Part shown: positions 1 to 13,991 of the stretch, piece by piece
How the letters are laid out: each line of letters starts with the position of its first letter
Numbering within the stretch: the first letter of the stretch is position 1
DNA from: Enoplolaimus lenunculus
Taxonomy: Eukaryota
Direction: 5' to 3'
Length of the DNA stretch: 64,000 nt
NCBI GenBank assembly: GCA_030248215.1
Contig: JASANG010003525.1
Location: 434,001-498,000, forward strand
Made by a program: the position numbers and the translations under genes
The notes under the pieces: generated by a model
Database searches by the model: none
What the model was told of the DNA's origin: nothing
What the model saw: only the letters and a program-made list of their open reading frames with translations

Positions 1-292
1 TATATAATTAGAGAGACAAATTCATATCCATTGATTATCTAAAACCTTAAACATCTTCCCTGTGTGACTGATTAGCCATTTTTATTACAAGATATCAATT
101 AATTTTCGAAGAAAATAGTTTGAAAGAATAAAGTTTTGTGATATTAGTCAGGTGCAGATGACAATAAACACCTGCCCATGAACTGAAACTATAAACCGAA
201 CTTTGAGGGTACTTACAAAATTAGACCACCACCAGTTGAATGTATTTTCAAAAACATTGTTTATTTGTACGCTAGAAAGGTACCCAAAATAC

Positions 293-708
293 CAGGGTTC
301 AACCGGAATTCCTATTCCAGCCAGAATTCCAGGTAAAATTAAATTTCTGTCCCTGTTCCTGCATTCACAGGTGCAGGAACCGGAATTTATACGGTTTGGG
401 TTCAAATTACTCGTAATCATCTAAATTTTGGAAACCTTGTCTTTGAAAAATTGTTATTTCGAAATGAGAGTTGTGGCAATTAGTTCAATTTCATCAGTAA
501 TATGTTTCTGATGTTTTTTCGCAAAACTTCATGATGAAACTGTTGAACATTCGCTCAAGCTATTTTTGGCAAGTTTTCTAAAATGTCCAATAGTATTTCG
601 GTAATGAATGTTATTTCAAATTCCGGTTCCTGTTCCTGTTCCGGTCCCTGCAAAGATATTCAATTCATGTTCCTGTTCCGGCAAAATTTAGTTCCTGTTG
701 GAACCCTG
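293..708. mobile_element. hAT-like non-autonomous element (MITE)
   Basis: Ends CAGGGTTC...GAACCCTG; exact 8-bp TSD CAAAATAC; related copies at ~11585-11930 and ~17420-17690 (inverted). Confidence 0.85.
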
Positions 709-967
709 CAAAATACGCATGTGGGACGTTTCAGCTATAATAATATAAGATATGACACATTTTGTGTTATTCGGGATATGTAGAGGGCAATATGATTTAG
801 ATTGCTTTGGCCGCAACCTTTGATGTGAGCAACATATAAATATATAACATATACGTATGTGTATACGTATCTTAGGGTCCGACAAAAATAAAATGTCATG
901 GGAAGAGAAACAGGTACAGAAATTCACTTTTGTGCGAACAGGAATTATAAAAACTAAAAATATTACA

Positions 968-1530
968 TTGTAAGCATGTGAGACATGCTTGTCCTAGTGC
1001 ATATGCAATAAATGCAACGCACATTGTGGTGTACGGTCGACACATATAGTCTACGAAAAACGCAGTTGGAGGCGGGCTACATGGCGCGGTGGTAGAGTGC
1101 TCGCTTAAGGATCCATAGGCTGAGAGTTCGATCCGCGCTCTAGCTCGCTTTTCCAGCTGCTGAGTTAAAAATTCTGATGTCCCGGTTCCTACCTAGACTG
1201 ACATGGGGGCTACGCCGTGAGCGCAATGGCAAATTGCCGCGCTATGAGCACGGTATCCAGTCGAATATAGGATGGACGGTCAAGGGACGACCTTGTTGAA
1301 AATAAGGGCTTGTAAGCATGTGAGATATGCTTGTCCGTTAAATATAGTGCAGTGCACTGTATGTATGCTAGCTGGCAGCATACGGTCGACACATATAGTC
1401 GACGAAAAATGCAGTGATAGAGTGCTCGCTTAAGGATCCGTAGGCTGAAAGTTCGATCCCCGCTCTAGCCCGCTTTTTCAGCTGCTTAGTTAAAAGTCTG
1501 AAATCCCGGTTCCTACCTTGACTGACATAA
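968..1530 (+). mobile_element. Two head-to-tail tRNA-related (SINE-like) units, family A
   Basis: Units start at 968 and 1310. A-box-like TGGCGCGGTGG (~1082), B-box GTTCGATCC (~1126, ~1451), then T-runs; shared upstream and downstream flanks; degenerate copy at ~4110-4300. Confidence 0.7.
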
Positions 1531-2093
1531 ATCACCGGATTATTGTTTAAATTGAAAGTTTACCCGGTACTTAATACAAAAATTATAAAACAGCTCTCTT
1601 TAGGCAACATTTCTACATTGACACTATCGTATACTGATCATGAAAGCAAGAAACCTTAAAAATTCGGCACTCTAATTTACTGCAGTACCTATCAATTCAC
1701 AACATATGTAGAAATGGCGGGAAATTGAAAATTTAGATATTTCAACAAAATCAAAAATAAAACATGGAAAACGTTTTAAACATGGAATTATTACGCTTTT
1801 ACAGGTATAACATAAGACTGAAACGATTGTAAATTTCTTTTTCATGTGTCTAAGCCGGACCGTTTTATGCAAAACAGCCCTTTCAAATAGGTAGCTATGT
1901 ATTAAATGCTTGTGACATACGATTGCACGGAGGCAAAATGAAACTGCATGCTAATATGCTGCACATCGGTAAAACATTGATGCATATGTAGTATCTTCAT
2001 ATGCAGAAGCGGTAAAAACATTGAAGAACCAAGATGCTTGTGTATGTTGAGGTTTTGTAAGGCATAAAAGCAGAAAAACTAGCAGTTGATTTT

Positions 2094-2233
2094 GAGGCGG
2101 CGTGGCTCAGTGGATAGCGCGCTGGACTGATAACCTGTCGACCGAGTTCGAACCTCCTGGGAGCGTCCCTCATTTTCTACTGCTGAAAACTCAGAACTAA
2201 AAACTGTCGTACCCTACCAGCCCGCCCAACTTA
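2094..2233 (+). mobile_element. tRNA-related SINE-like unit, family C
   Basis: TGGCTCAGTGG A-box, GAGTTCGAACC B-box; near-identical copy at 48085-48234. Confidence 0.75.
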
Positions 2234-2724
2234 TGGAGCATCCACGTTATAACGCTTGCGCAGATGGAAAAAATGAGTGTCTGGACATAAATAATGGTGT
2301 GCTTAGATAGTGGTGTTTGTCCGCAGTCTGTCGTAAGGGACTCGGACAAAACACATGGCGTTTTTTGGGCTGTATGGACATTTTAAGGTATGTGCAGTAA
2401 TGCAGATATTGTTATAGCGTTTTATTTGAAATGTGTGAACTTTGCGTATATACACGCACACAGTTTTGTTTAAATAGTCCCTTCGGAGGGACTCAGTAAA
2501 CTTGTACACTGTGCAAATGGCATAGGAACAAAAACAACTTATTGCCGTAAGGTTAAGACAAATATAAGCTTCCAAACTGGCTATGTTTATTGTCGGTAAC
2601 CTGTAAGGATAAGTTATTCGCGTAAGACCTACTGTCTTAGCCCACTCTGTTCACACAACGTTGATCCTCGGAGGGACAGGACAATTTTTTACTTTTTCGC
2701 GAGCGTTATAACGTGGATGCTCCA
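2234..2724. mobile_element. PIF/Harbinger (Tourist)-like MITE
   Basis: ~27-bp TIR TGGAGCATCCACGTTATAACGCT(T/C)GCG; TTA TSD; the empty site (cccaac-TTA-tcacaa) is seen in the paralogous SINE copy at ~48216-48230. Confidence 0.9.
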
Positions 2725-4800
2725 TTATCACAATGATCATAAAAATTATGTGCAATTAACTCATCAATTTTCATTAAAAGTTTAGGTTGTGGAAAGATCA
2801 GATAACACTTTCCATTCAAAGCTGAATGGTACTTATGTAAGCTTTTACTTATGGTGTAGCATGCCGAATTAATCGAGAGTGTAAGGGTTACGAAATAATG
2901 TTCGAAACCGTGCTGGCACCAGATTGCCAGAACTTCTTACTACATGACATGTTCAGATAATTAGTTTTGTTTTATAGTACTTATAATATTAACAAATGCA
3001 GAATAAAAAGTATTTTGTTAAATTTTAACAAATGTTTTTCGCACCTGTGATTGTGCTTAGTGTATTTTATTAATAGTGAGATCATTCTCACTGGAAAAAT
3101 TAAAATATGGACAGACTTGCTTCGGGCAAATGGGTAAATGAGAACGCTGCATACTTTTGCTCGAGAAACAGGAAAACTTGTCAGCTGCATATTTCGCTTT
3201 ACGAAAAAATGAGATAACTGTAAATGTTTTCTGTTTTTGTTGAGAAAACGGAAACCAGGAGACCTATATATTAGCGCAACGAAATCGTGAAAACGGACAG
3301 TAATATTTTTGCTGAGAAAGCAAGATGGGGCTGTCATCTCCAAGCTATTTGCATTAACCTTCTTTTACTTGTCAAACCACAAATAAAACAATAACAACAA
3401 CAACAAAAACGAAGTGAAATATTAATATTCGCGTATGCACAAACAGCAGTAGCAAACGTTGCCCTCCGGCACCATTGTTGTCCTCATGAAAACTTTACCC
3501 CCCCTGAAAGTAACACGGTCAGTTGTGTTATGGCTGCTTTCAGTAGTTTTGTAATACCAAGTTGAAGTTGAGTACTCCATGTTTACAGAAATACATTAAG
3601 TAGCATGAATCAATCAAACATTTGATTTCCGAGAAATAACGAAAAAAATAACGTTTCCACCCAGGATTTTAAAAGATTTCTTGAGTAATGTTCTTTTTCT
3701 GGTCCGTTTCATTTTGTACTATGACAAAAATAGAAATCATTTGAAAGTACCCTTTGCTATTAGTAAAAGTTTAAACTTTAAATGCTGTAGCTAGTATACT
3801 TTTACCATCTATGTTTAACTACGATACTTTTCTGTATTTTAAGATTGTATTTTAGTATAGAACGCCGGCACGACATTTACGTTAAATTTAAGTTTTGTTT
3901 TAGCCGCTTGATTATCAGTATTGCATTTAGTATTTTAATTATAACGCTGCTTTAAACTTATGGTGTCTTTGCCATCGTTTTATGTGTTAGAACCGGATTA
4001 GTTAGCTGATATATATTAATAAATAAACTTCTGCTGAGTAAGTAATTAGTTGTAGTACTGCAAAAACGTAGCTTTATACTCCAAGTTTACATAAACAGAA
4101 TTTGAATGGTGTAGCATGTGAGAGTAAGACACTTGTCCTGTCCTGGCTATATGCAATGGATTGTCTTGCACTATAAAGTATCCTTGCCGCTAGCATACGT
4201 TTGGATATATAATCGACCGTAAAACTATTTGAATAGGCGGGCTGAACCTCTTCCTCTATGCCTGCTTTTCCTGCTGTATATAATGAAAATGTCTCAAATT
4301 CCCGAACTTACCTGTCCAGTCGAACATCCAGTTGGTTTACAGTGTACAACTGCAGTTTTTTAACAAACGTAATAGCAGGTTGCATGATTTCCTGCAAAAA
4401 TTCAAATCCGGTTCCTGTTCCTGTATTCAAAGATGCAGGAACCGGAATTTTAACGGTTGTGGTGAATTATTCATAACCATTTAAATATTGTGGTCGTTTT
4501 TCAGCGGAAACGACATTTGTCAACTATCGAAACGAAATAAAAGAGACGAATTGTCTAATGGGGAGTACGAAAATCGAGGAGGTATTTATATTTATTTATT
4601 TATTTATTTATTTATTTTTTACGTATTAGTGACACCACAAGACGGCATAGCAAGCAGCCTAACCAAATTCGTGATGCTCCCCCGGTGAGTGAGTCAATGC
4701 CTATTCTCCCTGAGAACAACTAATGTAGAAACAAGATTCGCCGACATTTTGATCCCACGGATTTTTCTGACATTTTTGGTAATAACTCCTTAACTGGTGG

Positions 4801-5197
4801 CAGGGTGCAACCGGAATTACAATTGACCGGGACCAGAATTTGAAAAAATTACCGAAAAACGTGCTACCAAAAAATTCATTTTAATTTTATTTTTTGCAAC
4901 ATTATTGGTAAAATAACCCTAGTTAGAGATAGATATTCACTTTATCTCCTGTATTTTAGATTTTCATAATCCGTGGAAACGAAATCTACCTTATATGGTT
5001 TATTTTCGGCGATTGTCAAGGTATACATGCTGTACTAATAAAATATATTTAATTTTTATGATCATTTTTAGTCAAATACTTAATTTCCACCAACTAAAAT
5101 TTAATACCGGAATTTTTAATTCCGGTAAAAATTTTACCACAACCGGAACGAAGTGAAAAATCGCCGGAACCGGAGCTAGAACTCCGTTTGCACACTG
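4801..5197. mobile_element. hAT-like MITE, CAGGGTGCAACCGG family (inverted relative to the 13992 copy)
   Basis: Ends CAGGGTGCAACCGGAATT ... CCGTTTGCACACTG; internal similarity to 13992-14388. Confidence 0.75.
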
Positions 5198-7380
5198 ACT
5201 GATCTCGGTTTCATTTTACTCCCCCGAACGTTGCAAAAAATTTGTTAATTCGTTCTACCGTCTCCGTTTTCTAATTTTTGTGCAAAATGTCTTTGTTCAA
5301 AAAATTCCATGCGGTTTAGGTCACATACCTACTTAATCACAGACTCATTGCACAACTCTAGGCAGCATTAATGGTTGCCAAAATTTGATCTAAAAACGAG
5401 CCTTGTGCAGCTTCCCTCAATGAGCTTCTTTACTACACCACTTTTTCCTTCAAATCATTTTAGCAACAAGTTGTATCTATATTGACACCAGGCTGCAACC
5501 GGAATTCCGGTTCCAGCATTTTTTCACCTTCCAGTTATGGTTCCGATAAATTTTTATCCTAGTTAATAATTCCGGTATTTAATTTTGGTCGGTGGACTTT
5601 GATCCCTCGCGGAAAGTGGAATCGTCATTTTATAACTTTATACGTAATATGTATAAGTCTGGTTTGAGTTGTTGGCAACAAAACCAACATTAAGCAGTGT
5701 TTTTATTAAGCGGGCTAACCTAGCCCACTGCAGTAGGGCATATATATACATGTAGATTGTTGCAGTTTAAGTGCTGTTTCTGTTGAGTGTTGCAACGACC
5801 AGTATTGTTTTAAAAATTTGCAACTTTCTAGTTTCCAGGTGGATCAGATATTGCGTTGCAGGAAAACCTGTCATTACTTGAAAAAAATCGAAAATTCCCG
5901 GGGTGGGAGTGATCAGATTTTGAGTTTTGTACCCCACAACTTTTCATCTATTTGCAAAACAATGTTCCACATTTTACAAATTGTACCCCCATGCTTTGCG
6001 CTTTCGCAAAGCCCAAATTTTATAGCATTTTCTGAAATTTTTATTTTTTTTACAAAATTTTCTTTCCGGAGGGAGTTGAGCATTATGTCGCGTTTTCCTC
6101 GTATCTCCTCAATACGTAACAACATAATGTAGTCATATACGTAATATATAATGGAGTTTTCCCGGTACCAGAATTTCTACTGGTATCGGGACCAAGTTAG
6201 AAGACGTAGATATAACTATCAGCATGAGCTGCAATATACGTAAATACATATGGTGGCTAACAGTTGGGAAATAAACAAATCGTTATATTGTGTAACGTGC
6301 ACAGCAAACTAAGGGAAAACAGAAAATACCATGTACCGTAATTGTTTGTGATTTTCGTATTTTCACACGACAACTGAGCGTGATAGGATTTTTATGAGAG
6401 TCACGTTATTTGACGGCGCCTAACCAGACCCAGTTTTTATACAATCCTTAGTTGACTCGCGTGGAAAAAACCAATCACGGTCGATTCTCGTTTGAAAAAT
6501 ATGAAAATCACAAAAAAAATTAGTGTACATGGCATTGTTTTTATTTTCGCAGGGTTTGCTGCACACACTACACAATATATAGATATTGTTTATTTTCCCA
6601 CTGTTAGCCACAATGTTTATGCGTAATACGTATGTCATCGTACTTCTTGTTGATAGGTTTACATGTTTTATCGTAGCCCCGGTTGGTACTGGAGCCGGCT
6701 CCATGACGATGAGGTGCACGTATATAACTTTCATAAAGCGAGCGGATACATTGATCGTTATGTTTTATACATGCAGAGGTTTCGAAAATATTAGTCTTTC
6801 GTTATAAAATAGATTTAATGGAGTCGAATAGGGCGGATTGCAATACGTATGTGTTTCATTCCAGTATAAATTTGCCGTTTCAATTGCGATACAAACCAGT
6901 TCGGTTTTGCACCCTCGTATAAACATAGAATCGCTCACTGTTAATTTCAGCTCGCCCTGGTGTTTGCCAACTCTGAGCATGGATTAACTCATATTTTATG
7001 TTAATTGATGTCACGTACATGCGTTAATTGTAATATTTTCGCGTGTATTTGCGTTACTTTTCGTTTAGTTATGAATAGTAATGAATGTGTTACATAGTTT
7101 TTTTCGCTCAAAGTTTGGTTATGTTTTTTATGAAAGCTGTGAACATTTGTTTAATATTGTTACATAATTTAATATAAATTCGAAGATATTTATTTAAAAA
7201 CTTATTTTAAGATAAAATGAACATACTACGTGCTTGCTTGGGGATAGAATATTTTGTATATTTACGTGCGAAAGCGTTTATGTTTCAAGTTTTGGGTTTT
7301 GCTTGTACCGGATTTGATGCAAACAGTAGTGCTCAGCCGGTATTTTTCTCGAAGAAAGTAAACCTATGGCTGCCAGAAGC

Positions 7381-7551
7381 GGGACCATGCAAAGATCAGG
7401 GGTGGAACGTGTTTCTGTGGGACTGCAATAGAGTGAGCTTAAAGTTTAGACTAACGTTTTTGCTTATGCTTAGACATAAGCTCAGTTTTACGCTGTTTTG
7501 GCTTAGGAATATGTTTGTACTAATGTTATGGCACTGTTCTATACATTGGCC
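7381..7551. mobile_element. TTAGGC-MITE copy (diverged)
   Basis: gggaccatgc...ctatacattggccg; same internal layout. Confidence 0.7.
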
Positions 7552-10355
7552 GAGAAGCGTGGCCAGCAATTCATTTCGTCTGGAATATTAAAACAACGTG
7601 TAAAATATTTTTGCGAGTGAGCGTAGCGAGATAGAATATCTTTTTGACCTCTACAAGTTTTTCGACAACCTTTAAAAGCTCTTTTTTGATTCCTGCTAGT
7701 AATTTCGGCTGAAATATGTGTTCTCTTTGTATACGACCCTCCTAAATGCTACTACTACTACGTACTATTGAGCACGTCGGCTACCTGGTTGATGTAATTT
7801 ATGGCTTGGAAAATCAAGTGTACTTTCACTTCGTAACAGTGATGTAATACCAACACTGACTGATTAACGGTATAGCGTCTGGTAGAATAATCAAATCTGA
7901 TTGGTCTATAAGTTCAATAGCAGTTTAGCCCAGGCCACATATATACATATAAACATATATATGTATATGTATATATATATGTATGTAGATATGAATATAA
8001 TTACCATCTATTACGTAGCTACTTAATTAAATTTACTACGTATGTAGGTATTAAAAACATAAGTGATCTCGCTATTGTAGTAAACCAATAAAAATGGTGT
8101 TTTGTATTGTTTATGAAGCCTTTAGTATTGCAATTAATTTACGGTGACATTTTATTTGTTTTTTAATTATACACAGATGTTAGATGAGTTTTTGTTTTGA
8201 ATATTTTTGTGTATAATTTCGTGCCCGACCTCACTTCTGAGATTTGTGACCTGAAACAAATTTTTTTAATAATATAACAAGATATTTAAAATTTTTATTG
8301 TTTAAAACTGAACAAACATGTTGCCGAACATCGTTGGATTCGGCTTTTTTACAACCGAATCCGCATCCGAATCCGAACCACAAGTTTTTACCGAATCCTG
8401 ATCCGAACCTTTGTTGCCACCGTGGTAGTCCCATGGGAGGCAAGTGGAATTGAGTCTGACCCAGCCCGTAGAGGATAGACTGTAAATTGTTGGAAATACC
8501 TGCATGGCTGCTGTAAGCGTATACGATATATGTTCCTTCAATGTGCCTGTCTAACCGTTAGGTATACTACGAACTGTTTAGTACAGCAATTACCCATTAT
8601 AGTTACGAGTGTTATGCATTATTAAGTTATAGCATATACGTCTCGGCCAATTACTGATAGGTTTTCAAACTGACAAACTCTAGGAATAGAGGCTCAAAAT
8701 TGGTACAGAAGTAGGGCAAATCAAATTGAAGTAGAGCAAATCAAATTGCAAAAAAAATGTGCTGAATTTCATACCATATCATGCGCTCGTTCGTAAGTTA
8801 CACTACTTAACTTTGACTGGTGATAAATATTCCTTTGAAAATGCTGGCCAATGTTTTAGTTTAAGCCTATTTGCCTTCCACAAACGAATCAAAATTCAAG
8901 TGTTGATCTCTAGGGGATTTTTAGCATTTTTTGTTGCGTGGTAGCCAAATTATCTCTGTACGTAGATATTACTGATGTAAGTATATTACTAAGAATATTG
9001 ATTAATGTTTTCCTGTGCGTCGGCCGCAGTCACAGTTGTGGATATATATACGTCCCTAGTGCTATTTTTAGGTTTTTATCGTAGATGTCTATTTTGTAAT
9101 ATTATGGCTAGGTTATAGAAACATGGTTGATCCAGCCAGATGTACTGGTTTAGTAACCAGAACTAGAAAGAAATTGGTTATATAACGCGTTTCAGCGTTC
9201 GAAATTGTGTGCCAATCTCGCGACTGGATGAATGTGTGTATATTATTATTGCGGGTAATTTAGAAAATAAATTTTTTAAAATTATCTATGAAAAATATAT
9301 ATTTTTTGGTTTCTATCGGTTTGTGTTATTCGTTTGTCAAGGTAACCGTTGTTGTATAACATAATTCGTTAGTCATCAGGTTTGGTTACTCTTTCCGGCG
9401 GTGTGTTATCTCAATTTGGTGTGGTATGATAGAATAGGATATACATGATTAAAAAGGCTGTTATAGATACGTATGTTGTTAGGCAAGTTTGACGGAATAA
9501 ATCTGGTTTGCAAGCTCCGGTAACCAACAAATACCGGAGACGGATATTGCGTTTATATTTAAATGGAAATTTAATTTTGTAGCAAATTGGTGTTATTTCT
9601 TATTATTTTATGCTTACAGAGGGCTTTAGTATTTATGAGTATTGTGCTTAACTTAGATAGTTCCTAGCTGTCGTTTGGTGCTGTTTAATGTAGGCTTTTT
9701 GATTTTTGTGGTTTTGTAACAAATACTAGTACGTATATAAATATTTTTATTTTGTGTTTGTAAAAATATGTGCTGATCTTTCGTTTTGAACGTTTGTTAG
9801 GAGTGAATGAAGTCGGAGAGACGATAGTATGCTTAAATTCAGAAGGTAGTAGCGTCTGATCTGAGGTCATTATTGTAAAACCATCATTGGTAGTCGCCGC
9901 GTTATAGCTTTCCCTGAATCAGGCGGAGTTGAGGTAAAATGCGACGTTCCGTGGTATATTTTGTGCTGTACACTCTTTTGCAAAATGGACATCATTCACT
10001 CTTGCTAATATTAATTATATGAAAGGTTGGCATTTGGCGTGCTACTATACAATTTGGTTTAGTTGTTTTTTTTGCCTGGTGCTAATTATACATGCAGTAA
10101 ACCGTTTGACGCTAGCTAGAATATGATATCTTCTAAAAAATAAGTACATACATCAAAAAGGGCATGATTTGGTCGCGGTATAGGTAGACATGTGTGGTTT
10201 AGGTGAGATAAATTGAACTGACTGGTGTATATTTGAATAGCTGGCTTTTACTGACTACGAAACCACTACATGGTCGGTGTGTTAAACTCTATGGGTAAAA
10301 AGGCACTGTAAAGGGCGGAAGAAACTATGGACTGCATTTGTGCTATTGTTATGGT

Positions 10356-10549
10356 GGCCCATATATAGAACAGGGCCGGATCGTTTTCCGGAGGGGCTAT
10401 AATAGAGTCAGTTTAAGCTTTAGACTAAGTTTTTTTTGCTTAGGCTTACGCTTAGGCGTAGGGCTTGGAAATAGGGTCATCCGTACGCTAAGGCCTAGGC
10501 TTAGGAATATGATTATACCACTGTTCCGGCCCTGTTTTATACATAGGCC
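10356..10549. mobile_element. TTAGGC-MITE copy
   Basis: Same TIR and internal sequence as 22782-22959. Confidence 0.82.
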
Positions 10550-10843
10550 GTTATGGTTTGTATCGTGTAGATTCGGTTATCCCATACGTATTGTCAATGG
10601 AACGTACGTTTGAAAAGTTTGTCCATTTATTATTTGAAGGTGAAAAGTTTTTTGACATGGGGCCATGAATAGGTGTCAAGAAGAAACCAGATGGGCAAAC
10701 AAATATGTAGATATTTTGTTGCGGTAAGACTTCGTGTGCTGCGTTCGGATTGTGGCTAAATTGAGCCATGGGACATTGTTTTTCTGGTACCATCTATCCA
10801 TGGTAGTATCTGGCCCCGGCACCCTCTGGTCTCGGGATATCTC

Positions 10844-11555
10844 TTATTGAGCGATGCGAAACTCCGAGCGAAGCTCGGAGTTTCGCGAAGCGTTTTATGT
10901 TTTGTACTCTGGGGTCGAAATATGGACGTCCGTCCGTTCGTCAGTCTGTCTGTCCGTTCTCAGGAGCGGCTGAACCGATTTTGATAATCTTTTTTTGTTT
11001 GAAAGCCATTTATCCTGGTGTTAACCTCGCATTGGAGTTTTAAAAATTTAAGCCGTTTATTAGCTACAGGCTAATTTGCATAATTAATTTCAGCATTAAA
11101 GCGTTTTTGGGTGCAAGACATCTGAATAAATCGTTTATAAACCTTCAAAACCGATAATTGAATAGTTAGCTAATAGGTAATTCGCATATTAACAGTTTTT
11201 AAGCCTCAATTAGTACTTTTTGCAATATTTCACTAATTATTAAGGTTAAAAGCACTTTTACTTCAGCACTAAAAGGTTTTTAGGTGCGAGGAATTTGAAT
11301 AAATTGTTTACAAACCTCCAAAACCGATAATTGAACAGTTAGCTGAATTAATTGACAAGACAAAATTAAGACATTTTAAATTATTTCAATAAGGGTTACT
11401 GAAGGTTTTTTGGTGCGAGGAATCTGAATAAATTGTTTATAAACCTCCAAAACCGATAAATGAATAGTTAGTTAATAACTTATTTGCATATTACCTTAAT
11501 TGCTTACGTGTGTTCGAGCTTCGCTCAATACATGTAGTTCCACTACGACTGGTAT
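10844..11555 (+). mobile_element. Helentron-associated (DINE-1/HINE-like) non-autonomous element
   Basis: 5' TTATTGAGCG and 3' subterminal CGCTCAATA inverted repeat; 5' palindrome GCGAAACTCCGAGC-GAA-GCTCGGAGTTTCGC; (GTCY)n tract at ~10927-10958; 3' hairpin GTAGT-TCC-ACTAC; internal tandem duplications. Confidence 0.7.
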
Positions 11556-12305
11556 ATATGTATGTATAACTACGTATATCAATCACGGTTCAACCGGAAT
11601 TCCTGCAAAAATTAAATTCATGTAGGTCCTGTTCCTGCATTCAATGATGCGGGAACCGGAATTTTCACGGTTTTGTGGCAAATTATTTATAAATGATTTA
11701 AATATTAGAAACGTTGTCTTTGAACTCTTATTTCCAAATCTGTGTTTTTGTAATTTGTTCAATTTTGTTAATAAACTGTTTCTGATGTGTTTCGCAAAAC
11801 TTGATTATGAAATAGCTCAAAATTTGTGTAAGCCATTTTTTGACAAAGTTTTCTAAATTATCCAATAGTAATTCGGTGGTGAAAAATATTTCAAATTCCG
11901 GAACCTGCAAAGAATTCCCGTTTCAGTATTAATTCCGGCACTTGTTCGCTGGATTGTTCCGGCATTTTCGGTGCAGAAATTTTTTATTTCAAATTTTTTA
12001 AAAACCTGACACATATGCTAACTTACTTTTCAAAAGAAATTCCAAGTATGTATGGCAAATTATACAATTTGTATCTTCTTTCGTTTTCTTGTAGTCGTTT
12101 TTCAAATGCTGCATGTATTTTACGTATATATATTACAATTACATGTACGTATTTTTCTAAAATTGCACATCGAACATCATTGATGGTACATTTTGCGTCT
12201 GCTAAAAAGTAAAAATACAAAATATACAAAAAATAAGTAAAAAAATCTTACGTAGTGATTACGGCTAAATTGTGCCACGGGACATTATTTTTTTGGTACC
12301 GTATG

Positions 12306-12785
12306 CAGGGTTCGACCGGATCGCAAAAAACCGGCTACCGGATCCGGATAGTGATTTTTTACCGGAACCGGATGTTAACCGGATAGTGTGTTTTTAAATA
12401 AATCAATTTTTAGCACGTTAATGCGTCAGTAAATGTTAATTTATCTTTAGCAAACGGAATATTGCGTTTATATAAAGAAAACTCACCGAAATATCACAGC
12501 AAAACACTCTGTGTATCTTACAAATTTCCACTCTAATCGCCACGTTACTGACCAAACCATGTTCGGGCAATCAAAGTATGCTCGAATACCTTATCGGTTC
12601 TGTTGGACTACCGTATACTTACATGTAATGGGACTGAAAACGTAACATCTCACAACATAATTTGCAATAATTTGAGATTTACGAAATCACCACCGAAATC
12701 CGGCATCCGGTAGGTTTGTACCGGATACCGGATGCGGGTTTTTTGCCGGATAGTAAACCGGATCCGGATATCCGGTCGCACCATG
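12306..12785. mobile_element. hAT-like MITE nested in another repeat
   Basis: Ends CAGGGTTCGACCGGAT...ATCCGGTCGCACCATG; exact 8-bp TSD ACCGTATG; the host repeat is seen without this insertion at ~10753-10837. Confidence 0.85.
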
Positions 12786-13991
12786 ACCGTATGGCCCTGG
12801 CACCCGCTGGCCCCGGCCCTGGACTTTGGTTTTGCAATTGCTGTTAAGAGCCCGAAACAGGAAGTGATAGTTTGTTTTAGGAGATTGAATGGTTTCTTTA
12901 TGAATTTTTAAGCAATTATTTATGTATATATACGTATGCGGAGCAGTTAATATTATGTGTTAAGCGCATTGGCGGAACAAATGTTAATGACCGTGATAAA
13001 AATTAAAATATGGAAATCGAGCACATTCTGTTTGTCCTAAACATAAATTTGCATTGGTGGACACACACAAGTATTGAAGGGTTTCAGTTTACTGATCGTA
13101 GTTGAAAAGAAAAATAATTAAAAGTGAATGTCAGTGGAAATACACTCATTATAGTTTGCATATGTTTGTGATAGTTGTGTAGCGCGTTGTTTGTTTAATG
13201 TCTATGAGTTCGAGAAGGCGTGGTACGTAATAAGAATAACAAGAATGCAATTCGTGTGGCGGGGTCCGTAGTAAGGCAGGTTGGCAAACGGAACTGAATT
13301 ATATCGGAATCGGAGGACTCACGTCTGGCAATCGAAATTTTATACCAGAAAATTTGCTAAACGGGGCCCCACGCGAAATAATTATAGTGGAAAGAAACTG
13401 TCGAGCGAAGCGGGCAAGACGCTGAGCGCCGTTTCAATGCCAAATCATAATTCAAGCTCTTCTTCTTATCCCTGATGAGGGGTCTATGCCAGGGTAGCCC
13501 CCCTTTAGCTTTAAATAAGTTTGAGTCCTATAACTATTGCTAATCTTGTCTCTAATTTTCAGTGTAGAAAAAACGATAAAAATAAAGTAGAGATTTGTTA
13601 TTAAAATAATCGCTCGCATCCGGTAGGTTAATACTGCATTTCCGAATTGAACACGGATAGTGTTTTAACCGGATATTGAACCGGATATTCGGTTGGATCC
13701 TCAATGATGGCCAAGTTTCATCTTATTTGTATAGTTTTCTAAGATTGTAGAGGTATATGGTAGATTGGCAACGGATGATTGCTATGATATAACCGATGTT
13801 GAAACAGGATTACTAGTACGTCGGTTTCGGTTAAGCAGAGTCTTTAATAGTGCACATCGAAGATGTTTTGATAAAACGTTTAGCTGCAAGCAACGATGAT
13901 ATTCGGAGAAATTCTTATTTCGAAAAAATATTTGTTTTGTTTGAATTTAATTATTATTTAGTAACAGTTTATATATATAATATATATATAT

